DNA of 64,000 bases from contig VGDL01000003.1 in the NCBI GenBank assembly GCA_016869735.1, forward strand, positions 8,998 through 72,997, given 5' to 3'. How positions within the stretch are numbered: the stretch's first letter is position 1; each line of letters begins with the position of its first letter. Shown one piece after another: positions 36,769 through 47,196 of this stretch. Source of the DNA: Alphaproteobacteria bacterium. Its GTDB lineage: Bacteria; Pseudomonadota; Alphaproteobacteria; Acetobacterales; Acetobacteraceae. The notes under the pieces were generated by a model that saw only the letters and a program-made list of their open reading frames with translations, was not told the origin of the DNA and did not search any database. The position numbers were made by a program, and so were the translations under genes.

Positions 36769-37440
36769 ATGAGTGCTGATCTGGAAGCGCGGTTGGGCCA
36801 TCATTTTGCTCGACCGGAATTGCTGACGCGCGCGTTGACCCATAGCACCGATGCGGAAAGCCGCGGCGAAGGCTTGCTTTCCAATGAGCGTTTGGAATTT
36901 GTCGGCGACCGCGTGTTGGGGCTTTGCATCGCTGAATGGCTGGCCGAGCGTTTTCCGGATGAACGTGAAGGCGATCTGGCAAAGCGGCTTTCCATGCTGG
37001 TATCCGCCGATACGCTTTGCAAGGTGGCCGAAGAACTGGGGCTTGGCGCTGATTTGCGCATGCCCGCGCGCTATCGTGCCACGGGGCTGATGGGGCCGCG
37101 CAACCTGCTTTCCGATGCGTTTGAAGCGGTGCTTGGCGCGATTTATCTGGATGGCGGGATCGCGCCCGCACGCGCCTTGGTGCGGCGCTGCTTTGCCGGG
37201 TTGATGGAGGCGGATTTGCGCCCGCCAACTTCCGCCAAGAACCGCTTGCAGGAATGGACTTTGGGGCGTGGCCTTGGGCTGCCGGTTTATGGGTTGGTGC
37301 AATCAAGTGGCCCTGCCCATGCGCCGCGCTTTGTTATCCGCGTGCTGGCAGCCGGGCGGGAAGCAGAGGGTGAAGGTGATAGTAAACGCGCCGCCGAACA
37401 GGCAGCGGCAGAAGCCTGGTTGAAGGGTTTGGAAACATGA
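36769..37440 (+). CDS. rnc: Ribonuclease III
   Basis: NERLEFVGDRVLG signature and a dsRBD C-terminus. Confidence 0.95.
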   Translation: MSADLEARLGHHFARPELLTRALTHSTDAESRGEGLLSNERLEFVGDRVLGLCIAEWLAERFPDEREGDLAKRLSMLVSADTLCKVAEELGLGADLRMPARYRATGLMGPRNLLSDAFEAVLGAIYLDGGIAPARALVRRCFAGLMEADLRPPTSAKNRLQEWTLGRGLGLPVYGLVQSSGPAHAPRFVIRVLAAGREAEGEGDSKRAAEQAAAEAWLKGLET

Positions 37441-38330
37441 CAACGCGTTGCGGGTTGATTGCGATTCTGGGCGCGCCCAATGCCGGCAAATCCACGCTGG
37501 TGAATAGGCTCGCCGGCAGCAAGGTTACAATTGTCTCACCGAAGCCGCAGACAACGCGGTTTCGCGTGCGCGCGGTGGTGATGCGCGGTGAAAGCCAATT
37601 GGTGCTGGTGGATACGCCTGGCATTTTCACGCCGCGCCGGCGGCTCGATCGCGCCATGGTCGCCGCTGCCTGGGGTGGCGCGCAGGATGCTGATATCTCC
37701 CTACTGATTGTGGATGCGCGCGCTGGGCTGACCGAACCCTTGCGCGGTATTATTGAAAAACTCGGCAAGACACGCCAGCCCATTTGGCTGGTGCTGAACA
37801 AGACCGATCTGATCCCGCGCGAACAATTGCTGCCGCTGACGGCGGAATTGCACAAGCTGCTGCCCTTTGCCGAGACCTTCATGATCTCCGCCGAGAAGGG
37901 CGAAGGGCTGGATCGGTTGGTTGATCGGCTGGCGGAGGCCGTGCCGCCCGGCCCTTATCTTTTCCCGGAAGATGATCTGACCGATTTGCCGAACCGCATG
38001 TTGGCGGCCGAGATTGTGCGCGAACAAATCCTGCGTCAGACGCATCAGGAAGTGCCGCATCATGCTTCGGTTGAAACCGAAGCCTGGACGGAAAAGCCCG
38101 ATGGGTCGGTGCGCATTGATTGCACCATCTACATCGCCCGCGCGACGCAAAAGGCGATCCTGATTGGGGATAAGGGCAGCCGCATTCGGGAGATTGGGCG
38201 GCTCGCGCGGTTGGAATTGAGCAAGCTTTTGGAACGGCCGGTGCATCTTTTCCTCAATGTGAAGGAAAAGCCCGATTGGGATGAAACTGCGGCCCGGATC
38301 CGCGCCATTGGGCTTGAGGATGCCGGTTAA
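37437..38330 (+). CDS. era: GTPase Era
   Basis: GAPNAGKST, DTPG, NKTD boxes and a KH C-terminus. ATGA overlap with rnc. Confidence 0.96.
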   Translation: MTTRCGLIAILGAPNAGKSTLVNRLAGSKVTIVSPKPQTTRFRVRAVVMRGESQLVLVDTPGIFTPRRRLDRAMVAAAWGGAQDADISLLIVDARAGLTEPLRGIIEKLGKTRQPIWLVLNKTDLIPREQLLPLTAELHKLLPFAETFMISAEKGEGLDRLVDRLAEAVPPGPYLFPEDDLTDLPNRMLAAEIVREQILRQTHQEVPHHASVETEAWTEKPDGSVRIDCTIYIARATQKAILIGDKGSRIREIGRLARLELSKLLERPVHLFLNVKEKPDWDETAARIRAIGLEDAG

Positions 38331-38342
38331 GCCCCGCCAGCC

Positions 38343-39083
38343 ATGAGCATTGAATGGCAGGCCCCGGCGGTGGTGCTTGATGTGCGCCCGCATGGTGAAG
38401 GTGGCGCGGTGGTGACAGTGCTCACCGAGGCCTATGGCCGCCATGCGGGGCTGGTGAAGGGTGGCGGTTCGCGTGCCCAGGCAGGGCTATGGCTGCCGGG
38501 CAATCTGGTTGAGGCGCGCTGGGTTGCCAGGCTTGCGGATCAATTGGGGAGCCTGAGCGGTGAATTGGTGCATCCGGCGGCCGCACTTGCCATGGATGAA
38601 CCCTTGGCCCTAGCGCTGCTGTCTTCCGCCTGCGCCATTGCCGCCGAGGCCTTGCCGGAACGCGAAGCCCATCCCCGCGCCTTTGCCGGTCTGGTTTCCC
38701 TGATTGGCCATTTGGCCGGCGGCGCTGAGGGTGTGGTTGCGGATTATGTGCGCTTTGAAGCGCTGATCCTGGCAGAGCTTGGCTATGGGCTTGATCTTGG
38801 CGCTTGTGCGGTAACCGGGGTGAGCGAAGGTTTGACCCATGTCTCCCCACGGACGGGCCGGGCGGTCAGCGCCGGGGCGGCGGCGCCTTATCTCGACAAG
38901 CTTTTGCCCCTGCCCGCCTTTCTGCGTGATGCGGAAAGCCTGGGGGAGGCAGCATCCTGGGTGGCAGGTTTGAAACTGACCGGGCATTTTCTGGAACGCG
39001 ATGCTTTTGGCGCGCGTCACCGCCCGCAGCCCGAAGCGCGCTTCAGATTGGTTGAGCGAATAGCGGGATTGATCGCCGATTGA
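38343..39083 (+). CDS. recO: DNA repair protein RecO
   Basis: Its position after era, the OB-like N-terminus (VVLDVRPHGEGGAVVTVLTEAYGRHAGLVKGG) and the 246-aa length. Confidence 0.9.
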   Translation: MSIEWQAPAVVLDVRPHGEGGAVVTVLTEAYGRHAGLVKGGGSRAQAGLWLPGNLVEARWVARLADQLGSLSGELVHPAAALAMDEPLALALLSSACAIAAEALPEREAHPRAFAGLVSLIGHLAGGAEGVVADYVRFEALILAELGYGLDLGACAVTGVSEGLTHVSPRTGRAVSAGAAAPYLDKLLPLPAFLRDAESLGEAASWVAGLKLTGHFLERDAFGARHRPQPEARFRLVERIAGLIAD

Positions 39084-39414
39084 CGCGGTAATGCATGACG
39101 CCCGTCTGCCCGCACATGGCGGCTTCACAGATTTCGTGAAACCCATCCGGCAGTGAATGCAGCCTTTCGGGATTGAGCGGCAATCCGTTGAGAGTCGCCA
39201 CGTGATTCCAGCCGAGGTTCCGCAGCGTCATCGCCGCCCTTTGTGCGGCGGCATCTGCGCCATGGGCCAGGGTAAAGACCAGGAAGCAGCGAAACTCCCC
39301 ACGCGGGGCGAGTGTGGCGGGGCCGGCAATACCCTCAGCCCAGGTGACCCAGACGGCAGGCGCGGGTTCAGGCACATAATTTTGCCTTGCGGAAGCGATG
39401 GCCAAATTCATCAT
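39043..39414 (-). CDS. Hypothetical protein (123 aa)
   Basis: It fills the recO-parC gap on the opposite strand with GC-rich third codon positions. There is no SD before the ATG, and the 3' end overlaps recO by 41 nt. No family recognised. Confidence 0.4.
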   Translation of the reverse strand: MMNLAIASARQNYVPEPAPAVWVTWAEGIAGPATLAPRGEFRCFLVFTLAHGADAAAQRAAMTLRNLGWNHVATLNGLPLNPERLHSLPDGFHEICEAAMCGQTGVMHYRVNRRSIPLFAQPI

Positions 39415-39516
39415 GGGGGAAAGACTACGGCAAGAATGCTTACCGAAGTCTTGAAGCCTTTGCAGCGCGATGGGCGCAGGGTTAGACGGTTGATTGAATG
39501 AGGATGCGATTCGCCT

Positions 39517-41748
39517 ATGCCCGATGATGTGAAAACCCTGGCGCCCGGCGGGGCGGAGCGTGAAACGCGGCTCGCGGATGCACTATCCGAACGCTATCTG
39601 GCCTACGCGCTTTCCACCATTACCGCGCGGTCCCTGCCGGATGTGCGTGACGGGCTGAAGCCCGTGCATCGGCGCCTGTTGTGGGCCATGCGGCAATTGC
39701 GGCTTGATCCGGAAGCGGGTTTCAAGAAATGCGCGCGCATCGTGGGCGATGTGATGGGTAAATACCATCCGCATGGCGATGCCGCGATTTATGAGGCGAT
39801 GGTACGCCTCGCGCAGGATTTTGCGGCGCGTTATCCGCTGGTCGAAGGCCAGGGCAATTTCGGCAATATTGATGGCGATAACCCGGCTGCCATGCGTTAC
39901 ACCGAAGCGCGGCTGACGGAAGTGGCACAGGCGCTGCTGGAAGGGATTGAGGAAGACGCGGTTGATTTCCGCGCGACCTATGATGGCGAAGAACGCGAAC
40001 CCATCGTGCTGCCGGCAGCCTTTCCGCATCTGCTCGCCAATGGCGCGGCGGGGATTGCGGTGGGGATGGCAACCTCCATCCCGCCGCATAATGCTGGGGA
40101 ACTCTGCGCTGCCGCGTTGGAATTGGTGCGCAACCCGAATGCCGGCACAGATCAATTGCTGCGCCACATCAAGGGGCCGGATTTCCCGACCGGTGGCATT
40201 CTGGTGGAAAGCCAGGAAGCGATCCGTGAAGCCTATGAAACCGGGCGCGGCGGGTTTCGTGTGCGCGCTAAATGGGAAGTGGAAAAGGGCAAGGCCGGAA
40301 GCTGGTTGATTATTGTCACCGAAATTCCCTATCAGGTGCAAAAGGCGCGGCTGATCGAACAGATCGCTCAATTGCTCGAAGAAAAGAAGCTGCCGTTGCT
40401 CGCGGATTTGCGTGATGAGAGCACCGCACAGGTGCGGATCGTGCTGGAGCCGAAGTCGCGCAATGTGGAACCGGCGGTGCTGATGGAAACGCTGTTCCGC
40501 GCCACGGCGCTGGAATCGCGCTTTCCGCTCAATATGAATGTGCTGGATGCCGATCGCACACCGCGTGTGATGAGCTTGAAGGAAGTGCTGCGCGCCTGGC
40601 TCGATCATCGGCATGAGGTGTTGCAGCGGCGGACCAATCATCGGCTGGGTGCCATTGCGCGGCGGCTTGAGATTCTGGATGGCTATCTGATTGCCTATCT
40701 GAACCTGGATGAGGTGATCCGCATCATCCGGGAAGAAGATGAACCAAAGCCGCGCCTGATGGAACGCTTTGGCCTGACCGATACGCAGGCCGAGGCCATT
40801 TTGAACATGCGGCTTCGCGCACTGCGGCGCCTTGAGGAAATGGAAATCCGCAAGGAGCATAAGAAGCTTTCTGCGGAACAGAAGAAGCTGCAAGCCCTGA
40901 TGAAATCCGAAGCCGCGCGTTGGCAAACTATCGCGGAAGAAATTGAAAGCATGCAGGCGCGCTTTGGCGGCGGCGCACTCGGCACACGGCGCACCGCCAC
41001 AGGTGCGGCGCTGCCTGAAGTGTTGGTGGATGAAGCGGCCTTTGTGGAGCGCGAGCCGATTACCGTGATCCTGTCTGAGAAAGGCTGGATCAGGGCGCAG
41101 AAGGGGCATGTTTCGCTGGATGGCGAATTGCGCTTCAAGGAAGGCGATAGCCTGTTCATCGCACTCCATGCCGAAACCACGGATCGGCTGGTGTTGTTTG
41201 CCACCAATGGCAAGGCTTTCACGCTGAAGGCTGATGCCATTCCGCGCGGGCGTGGTGACGGCCAGCCGGTGCGGCTCATGCTCGATCTGACCAATGAGGA
41301 TGCGGTGGTCACGATGTTCGTGCATCGTGAAGGGCTGCGCTATCTGGTTGCGGCATCGGACGGCAAAGGCTTTCTGGTGAAGGCCGAGGATTTGCTGGCA
41401 GAAAAGCGCACCGGCAAGCAGGTTTTGAATGTGGATGCGCCGGCGGAAGCGGCAGTCTGCGCGGCGGCAGAGGGCGATTCGATTGCGGTGGTTGGCGAAA
41501 ATCGCAAATTGCTGATTTTCCCGATTGACCAGGTGCCGGAAATGACGCGCGGGCGCGGCGTGCAATTGCAAAGCTATCGCGATGGCGGGCTGGCCGATGC
41601 GAAGGTGTTTATCCGTAAGGAAGGGCTTTCCTGGGTGCTTGGCGAAAGAACGCGGACCGAGACCGATTTGCGCGCCTGGGTTGGCAATCGCGCTGGCGCG
41701 GGCAAGGCGCCGCCCAATGGGTTCCCTCGGTCCAATCGCTTTGAATGA
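39517..41748 (+). CDS. parC: DNA topoisomerase IV subunit A
   Basis: GyrA/ParC breakage-reunion domain ([21 protein letters not shown]). 743 aa and no GyrA-box seen, so ParC rather than GyrA. Confidence 0.92.
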   Translation: MPDDVKTLAPGGAERETRLADALSERYLAYALSTITARSLPDVRDGLKPVHRRLLWAMRQLRLDPEAGFKKCARIVGDVMGKYHPHGDAAIYEAMVRLAQDFAARYPLVEGQGNFGNIDGDNPAAMRYTEARLTEVAQALLEGIEEDAVDFRATYDGEEREPIVLPAAFPHLLANGAAGIAVGMATSIPPHNAGELCAAALELVRNPNAGTDQLLRHIKGPDFPTGGILVESQEAIREAYETGRGGFRVRAKWEVEKGKAGSWLIIVTEIPYQVQKARLIEQIAQLLEEKKLPLLADLRDESTAQVRIVLEPKSRNVEPAVLMETLFRATALESRFPLNMNVLDADRTPRVMSLKEVLRAWLDHRHEVLQRRTNHRLGAIARRLEILDGYLIAYLNLDEVIRIIREEDEPKPRLMERFGLTDTQAEAILNMRLRALRRLEEMEIRKEHKKLSAEQKKLQALMKSEAARWQTIAEEIESMQARFGGGALGTRRTATGAALPEVLVDEAAFVEREPITVILSEKGWIRAQKGHVSLDGELRFKEGDSLFIALHAETTDRLVLFATNGKAFTLKADAIPRGRGDGQPVRLMLDLTNEDAVVTMFVHREGLRYLVAASDGKGFLVKAEDLLAEKRTGKQVLNVDAPAEAAVCAAAEGDSIAVVGENRKLLIFPIDQVPEMTRGRGVQLQSYRDGGLADAKVFIRKEGLSWVLGERTRTETDLRAWVGNRAGAGKAPPNGFPRSNRFE

Positions 41749-41753
41749 AAAAA

Positions 41754-41779
41754 CCCCAGTGTGATTGCTCACACTGGGG
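41754..41779. terminator. Bidirectional intrinsic terminator (parC / BMP-ABC operon)
   Basis: AAAAA-CCCCAGTGTGA-ttgc-TCACACTGGGG-CCTTTATT: a perfect 11-bp stem with an A-tract upstream and a T-rich tract downstream. Confidence 0.65.
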
Positions 41780-41806
41780 CCTTTATTCTAGCGGCCATGA
41801 AGCGCC

Positions 41807-42883
41807 TTACGGCATCGCGACATCAATGCCCTGATAGAAATAGTTCTGCGCGCGGATTTCATCATCCGAAAGGCGCCGGCCCGCTGGGATGACTACCGTG
41901 CCATCCTGGCGCGTGATCGGGCCTTCAAACGGGTGCAGCGTGCCAGCGGCAATGGCGTCGCGGATGCGCGTTGCTTCGCTGATCTCCTCGGGCGTCATAT
42001 TGGTGAAGGGGGCCATGCGGAACATGCCGCTGCCAAGCCCGCCCCAGGTATCCGTCGGGCGCCAGGTGCCATCCAGCACGGCCTTGGCACGTTCGGCGTA
42101 ATAGTCGCCCCAATTGTTGACGCTGCTGGTCAGATGGGCGCGCGGCGCGAAGCGCGTCATGTCGCTTGCCTGGCCGAAGCCAAAGACGCCGCGCTGTTCC
42201 GCCAATTGCAGCGGCGCCGGGCCATCGGTGTGGCTGCAGAGCACATCGCAGCCTTGGTCAATCAGAGCGCGCGCGGCATCGGCCTCTCGCGCGGGGTTCG
42301 ACCAGGCATTCACCCACACCACGCGGATTTTCATGGAAGGGTCAACGGACCAGGCGCCGCGCATGACGGTATTGATGGCGCTGATCACTTCCGGCACCGG
42401 GAAGGTGGCGACATAGCCAATCGTCTTGGAACGGGACTTGCGCGCGGCGATCACGCCCTGGATGTAGCGGCCTTCATAGAAGCGGGCATTGTAGATCGCC
42501 ATATTCGGCAGCGTTGTCGGGCCGGTGGCGTTCTCAAAAAACACGCCCGGATGCTGCGGCGCCAGCCGCTGCGTGGGGGCGAAATAGGAAAAGCTGGTGG
42601 TGAAGATCAGCCGATGCCCGGTGCGGACAAGCTGCGTCACCACGCGGTCGAAATCGGGCGGTGCGACGGATTCCACCGTGGTGGCATTGACGCGGTCGCC
42701 CAGCACCTCGGCCATGCGGCGGCGGCCCTGGTCGTGCATATGCGACCAGCCGAAATCGCCGACGGGGCCGATCAGGACGACGCCGACGTTCAGGCGCGAT
42801 TGCGCTTCGGCATGCTGGCCAGCCAGCGCAGCGCCGGCAAGACCGGCAGAACCGGCCATAAGGTGACGACGGGTGATATTCAT
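41807..42883 (-). CDS. BMP-family (nucleoside-type) ABC substrate-binding protein, Tat signal
   Basis: MNITRRHLMAGSAGLAGAALAG; VGVVLIGPVGDFGWSHMHDQG block typical of Bmp/PnrA-like SBPs. Confidence 0.88.
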   Translation of the reverse strand: MNITRRHLMAGSAGLAGAALAGQHAEAQSRLNVGVVLIGPVGDFGWSHMHDQGRRRMAEVLGDRVNATTVESVAPPDFDRVVTQLVRTGHRLIFTTSFSYFAPTQRLAPQHPGVFFENATGPTTLPNMAIYNARFYEGRYIQGVIAARKSRSKTIGYVATFPVPEVISAINTVMRGAWSVDPSMKIRVVWVNAWSNPAREADAARALIDQGCDVLCSHTDGPAPLQLAEQRGVFGFGQASDMTRFAPRAHLTSSVNNWGDYYAERAKAVLDGTWRPTDTWGGLGSGMFRMAPFTNMTPEEISEATRIRDAIAAGTLHPFEGPITRQDGTVVIPAGRRLSDDEIRAQNYFYQGIDVAMP

Positions 42884-42941
42884 GAGGGGCTCCCTAAAAA
42901 GCGATTCGCATTGAGCAAATTTAATGCCGATACGGAAGGGG

Positions 42942-43859
42942 CTATCTATCGGGCACGAATGGCACGCCGAGGGAGGCCGGGCCCGCCGCCCCGCCCCGCC
43001 TTGCCCGCATAATGAGCACCAGCACGAGAATCGTGATCAGATAGGGCAAGGCCGCCAGAAACTGCGATGGCAGCGGCACGCCGGCCGATTGCGCATGCAA
43101 TTGCAGGATGGTCAGCGCGCCAAACAGATAGGCGCCGAGCATGGCCCTGAAGGGCAGCCAGGAGGCAAAGACCACGATGGCAAGCGCAATCCAGCCGCGC
43201 CCCGCGGTCATGCCGCTGGTCCAGAAGGGCGTATAGACCAGGGACATGTAAGCGCCCGCCAAGCCCGCACAGCCGCCGCCGAACAGGATGGCAAGCAGGC
43301 GTATGCGCCGCACCGGATAGCCAAGCGCATGCGCCGCCGCGTGGTTTTCGCCGACCGCGCGCAAAACCAGCCCGGCGCGGCTTTTGGTGAGGAACCACCA
43401 GACGGCCACCACCAAAGCGATGGAGGCATAGACAAACGGGTCCTGGCGGAACAGCAGCGGGCCGAGAAAGGGAATTTCGGACAGCCAAGGGATCTCTATT
43501 TTGCCGATGCCCGCGCGCTGCACGCCGACAAAGGGCGCGCCGATCACACCGGAAAGCCCAAGCCCCAGAATGGCCAGAGCAAGCCCCGCCGCGACCTGAT
43601 TGGCCGCAAGCCCAAGCACGAGCGCGGCAAAAACCAGCGACAGCGCCATGCCTGCCAGCACGGCGACCAGCACGCCAAAACTGGACGACCCGGTGGTGAT
43701 GGCAGCCGCAATGCCGGCGGCAGCGCCGATCACCATCATGCCCTCAACGCCCAAATTCAAAACGCCAGCGCGTTCCACCACCAATTCGCCAATCGCCGCA
43801 ATCAGCAGCGGCGTTGACGCCGTAATGATGGTCAGGATGATGGCTTCGAACAGGGTCAT
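42942..43859 (-). CDS. ABC transporter permease (BMP-type system)
   Basis: 305 aa, polytopic; Bmp-system permease-like; ATGA-type overlap with the upstream permease. Confidence 0.88.
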   Translation of the reverse strand: MTLFEAIILTIITASTPLLIAAIGELVVERAGVLNLGVEGMMVIGAAAGIAAAITTGSSSFGVLVAVLAGMALSLVFAALVLGLAANQVAAGLALAILGLGLSGVIGAPFVGVQRAGIGKIEIPWLSEIPFLGPLLFRQDPFVYASIALVVAVWWFLTKSRAGLVLRAVGENHAAAHALGYPVRRIRLLAILFGGGCAGLAGAYMSLVYTPFWTSGMTAGRGWIALAIVVFASWLPFRAMLGAYLFGALTILQLHAQSAGVPLPSQFLAALPYLITILVLVLIMRARRGGAAGPASLGVPFVPDR

Positions 43860-44932
43860 GCGGCGGCACCCCGCAGCAGGCGGAAGCGATACAAAAGCAG
43901 GCTATCGCAGACCAGCACGAAGAACAGCAAAAGCCCTTGCAGCACGCGGGTAGCATCCAAAGGCAGGCGCAGCATGATTTGCGCATTCTCGCCACCGATG
44001 AAGGTGATGGCGATGAATATGCCGGCGAACAAACAGCCGATGGGATTGAGCCTGCCCAAGAAGGCAACAATGATGGCGGTGAAGCCATAGCCGGGTGAAA
44101 TGCCGGGCTGCAATTGCTTCACTGTGCCCGCCGCTTCCAACACACCTGCAAGTCCGGCGAGTGCGCCCGAGATCATGAAAACCGTGATCACCAAACCGGT
44201 TTCGGAAAATCCCGCAAAGCGCGCGGCGCGCGGTGCTTCGCCCACCAGGCGAATTTCAAACCCCTTCAGCGTGCGCCCCATCAGCAGCATAAAGCCAAGC
44301 ACCACCGCAATCATGATCGGCGTGCCGATATTGAGCCGCCCGCCCGCCATCAGCAGCGGCAGCGTCGCCTCCGGCTCAAACATCACGCTATTTGGCATGT
44401 TGAAGCCGGCAGGGTCTCGCCAGGGGCCGCGCACCAGGTAATCCAGCAGCAATTCCGCGACATAAACCAGCATCAGGCTGGTCAGGATTTCATTGGCGCC
44501 GAAGCGAGTGCGCAGCAATGCCGGGATCAGCGCAAAACAGGCACCCGCCATGGCGCCCATCAGCAGCATCACTGGCAATAGCCATGGGCCTTGCGTGCTG
44601 CCATGGGTGATGATGGCGACATAACCACCCGCCATGGCACCAAACAGGAATTGCCCCTCGGCGCCGATATTCCAGACCTTGGCGCGATAGCAGACCGCAA
44701 GCCCAACCGCGATGAGCACCAGCGGCGTCGCCTTCACCGCCACTTCCTGCAAGCCCCAGGAATCCGAAAGCGGATCAAGGAAATAGGTTTGCAACGCCGC
44801 CACCGGATCCTTGCCGAGCAGCGCGAACATGATGGCCGCCGATATCATGGTCAGCGCAACCGCAATCATGGGCGATATCAGCATCAGGCTGATCGGCGTT
44901 TCGCTGCGCTTTTCCATGACAAGCTTCATCAC
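43856..44932 (-). CDS. ABC transporter permease (BMP-type system)
   Basis: 358 aa, polytopic; 4-nt overlaps with the genes on both sides. Confidence 0.88.
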   Translation of the reverse strand: MMKLVMEKRSETPISLMLISPMIAVALTMISAAIMFALLGKDPVAALQTYFLDPLSDSWGLQEVAVKATPLVLIAVGLAVCYRAKVWNIGAEGQFLFGAMAGGYVAIITHGSTQGPWLLPVMLLMGAMAGACFALIPALLRTRFGANEILTSLMLVYVAELLLDYLVRGPWRDPAGFNMPNSVMFEPEATLPLLMAGGRLNIGTPIMIAVVLGFMLLMGRTLKGFEIRLVGEAPRAARFAGFSETGLVITVFMISGALAGLAGVLEAAGTVKQLQPGISPGYGFTAIIVAFLGRLNPIGCLFAGIFIAITFIGGENAQIMLRLPLDATRVLQGLLLFFVLVCDSLLLYRFRLLRGAAA

Positions 44933-46446
44933 GCCGCCATCCCCGCCCCGCCCATGAGTAGGCCGAGCGATTCACGTGTGGCTTCAGCAGTTGGCATGGC
45001 GGGCGAAAGCCTGCCCATGAAAATGACGCAAAGCCGATCTGAGATTTCCAGCAGCTCATCCAAATCCTGGCTGATCACCAGAACAGCACTGCCCGCGCGC
45101 GCGAGATCCATCAGCGCCTGGCGAATAGTGGCAGCGGCGCCGGCATCAACGCCCCAGCTTGGCTGCGCCACGACCAAAAGGCCGGGCTTGCGCGCAATTT
45201 CCCGGCCAATGACGAATTTCTGCAAATTGCCGCCGGATAGCGCGCGCGCTTCCGGATCGGCAGGGCCTTTACGCACATCAAAGGCACGCACCACCTTGCC
45301 CACAAAGTCAGTCAGCTTGGCGCGCTCCACCAGGCCGTAGCGCAAAAAACCATTAGTGGCATGGCCTGACAGCAGCGCGTTTTCCGTGAGCCGCATGGCA
45401 GGTGCGGCGCCATGCCCAAGCCGTTCTTCCGGCACAAAGGCTGCCCCGCGCCGGCGGCGTTCATTGATGCCAGCGCGGCCCACCGCGACACCATCCATGA
45501 CAATGGCGGCATCATGGGGGGCCAGCTCTTCACCGCTGAGGGCTGCAAAAAGCTCATCCTGGCCATTGCCGGCAACACCGGCGATGCCCAGCACCTCACC
45601 GGCGCGGAGTTCAAGATTTATGTTGGCGAGCGCGATGCCATGCGCATGCAGCGGCGGCAGTGAAAGCGCGGAGACCGCAAGCCGCACCGGGCCTTGCGCT
45701 TCAATGTGGTCATGGCGAATGGGCACGACATCGCCGCCCATCATCATGCGCGCGAGGCTTGCCGCGGTTTCCGCGCGCGGGTCGCAATGCGCCACTACCT
45801 GGCCGCCGCGCAAAATGGTCGCGGCTTCGCAAATGCGCCGCACCTCATCCAGTTTGTGGGAGATATAGAGCACTGAACGCCCCTCAGCGCGCAGCCTGGC
45901 AAGTGTCGCAAAAAGCCCTTCGGCTTCCTGGGGTGTCAGCACAGAAGTGGGTTCATCCAGGATCAGCAGGCTTGGGTCCTGCATCAGGCAGCGCATGATC
46001 TCAACGCGCTGCCGTTCGCCGACCGAAAGCCGCCAGACTTCGCGCTTGGGATCAAGTGGCAGGCCATAAGCGCGGCTGGTTTCAGAAAGGCGTTGGGCGA
46101 TTTCGTCCAAAGGTGCAGAGCCATCAAGCGCGAGGGCGACGTTTTCCGCGACCGTCAGTGCCTCAAACAGCGAGAAATGCTGGAATACCATGCCAATGCC
46201 AAGCGCGCGGGCGGCGCGGGGGCTTTCCACCGCAACAGGCGCGCCGCGCCAGACCAGCCGCCCGGCATCCGGGCGCAGCAGGCCATAGATGATTTTGACG
46301 AGCGTGGATTTGCCGGCACCGTTTTCGCCGAGCAGGGCATGGATTTCGCCGGGTGCGACCTTCAGGTCCACGGCGTTATTGGCCTCCAGCGCGCCGAAGC
46401 GCTTGGTAATGCCCTCAACGGCCAAAAGCGGGGGGGAAGCCTGCAT
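44929..46446 (-). CDS. ABC transporter ATP-binding protein, duplicated ATPase
   Basis: Walker A GENGAGKST, signature LSVGERQRVEI, second cassette LSGGNLQKFVI; 505 aa. Confidence 0.92.
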   Translation of the reverse strand: MQASPPLLAVEGITKRFGALEANNAVDLKVAPGEIHALLGENGAGKSTLVKIIYGLLRPDAGRLVWRGAPVAVESPRAARALGIGMVFQHFSLFEALTVAENVALALDGSAPLDEIAQRLSETSRAYGLPLDPKREVWRLSVGERQRVEIMRCLMQDPSLLILDEPTSVLTPQEAEGLFATLARLRAEGRSVLYISHKLDEVRRICEAATILRGGQVVAHCDPRAETAASLARMMMGGDVVPIRHDHIEAQGPVRLAVSALSLPPLHAHGIALANINLELRAGEVLGIAGVAGNGQDELFAALSGEELAPHDAAIVMDGVAVGRAGINERRRRGAAFVPEERLGHGAAPAMRLTENALLSGHATNGFLRYGLVERAKLTDFVGKVVRAFDVRKGPADPEARALSGGNLQKFVIGREIARKPGLLVVAQPSWGVDAGAAATIRQALMDLARAGSAVLVISQDLDELLEISDRLCVIFMGRLSPAMPTAEATRESLGLLMGGAGMAA

Positions 46447-46511
46447 GACAGGCGTGTAACCTTTTTCGTCTGCCCTGTCGCCGGGATTGTGCGGCTTCGG
46501 CGCGCAGAAAA

Positions 46512-47174
46512 TCAGCCCGGCAAAGCAAAGGCGGAAAGTTCCGCCCGCAATTCGGGAATGCCCTGCCCGGTTTCGCTGCTGGTCACCATCACCACCGGAT
46601 GGCCTGCCGTGTGGCGTCGGGCGAGGCCTTCAACCTCGGCCAGGCGCTTGGCCAATTGGGCGGGCGGCACGTCATCGGCCTTGGTCAGCACGATCTGAAA
46701 GGCGACGGCGGCATCATCCAATAGTTTCATCGCGGCGAGGTCGGCGGATTTGGTTTCAATCCGCGCATCCATCAGCAGCAGCACGCGGCCCAGATTGGGC
46801 CGGCCGCGCAGGTATTCAAACATCATGCCTTGCCAATCGGCCTGCAATTCCTTGGACGCCTTGGCATAGCCATAGCCCGGCATATCCACGAGTGCGAGCC
46901 GATCACCCAAATTGAAGAAATTGAGCTGACGTGTGCGCCCAGGTGTGTTGGAAACCCGCGCCAGAGCATTGCGCCCCGTCAGCGCATTCAGCAAAGATGA
47001 TTTGCCGACATTGGATCGCCCGCAAAAGGCAATTTCCGGCAGGCCGGGCGGTGGCACTTGTTCAAGCTTCTGCGCGCCGAGATAGAAATCACAAGGTCGC
47101 GCAAAAAGCAGCCGCCCCGCTTCAAGCAGGGCGGCGCGCGCTTCTTCATCGGATGTGTCGGCAACGCCGTTCAT
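46512..47174 (-). CDS. engB: Ribosome biogenesis GTP-binding protein YihA/YsxC
   Basis: GRSNVGKSSLLNALTGR, DMPGYGYA, LTKADD. ATG 47174 chosen because the ORF-track start 47246 overlaps yidC. Confidence 0.9.
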   Translation of the reverse strand: MNGVADTSDEEARAALLEAGRLLFARPCDFYLGAQKLEQVPPPGLPEIAFCGRSNVGKSSLLNALTGRNALARVSNTPGRTRQLNFFNLGDRLALVDMPGYGYAKASKELQADWQGMMFEYLRGRPNLGRVLLLMDARIETKSADLAAMKLLDDAAVAFQIVLTKADDVPPAQLAKRLAEVEGLARRHTAGHPVVMVTSSETGQGIPELRAELSAFALPG

Positions 47175-47196
47175 CACGCCAACCTGGCAAGCGGTA

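Noticed and set aside
39583-41772. 729-aa ORF antisense to parC. Similar long antisense ORFs include 32464-34062 opposite rpoZ/spoT, 15351-16544 opposite thrS, 26352-27473 opposite the CHAD gene, and 41933-43012 opposite the BMP SBP.
   Set aside because: These are typical stop-codon-poor shadow frames of GC-rich DNA. The translations are Arg/Gly/Ala/Pro/His-rich with no recognisable motifs, and the opposite strand in each case encodes an unmistakable conserved protein.
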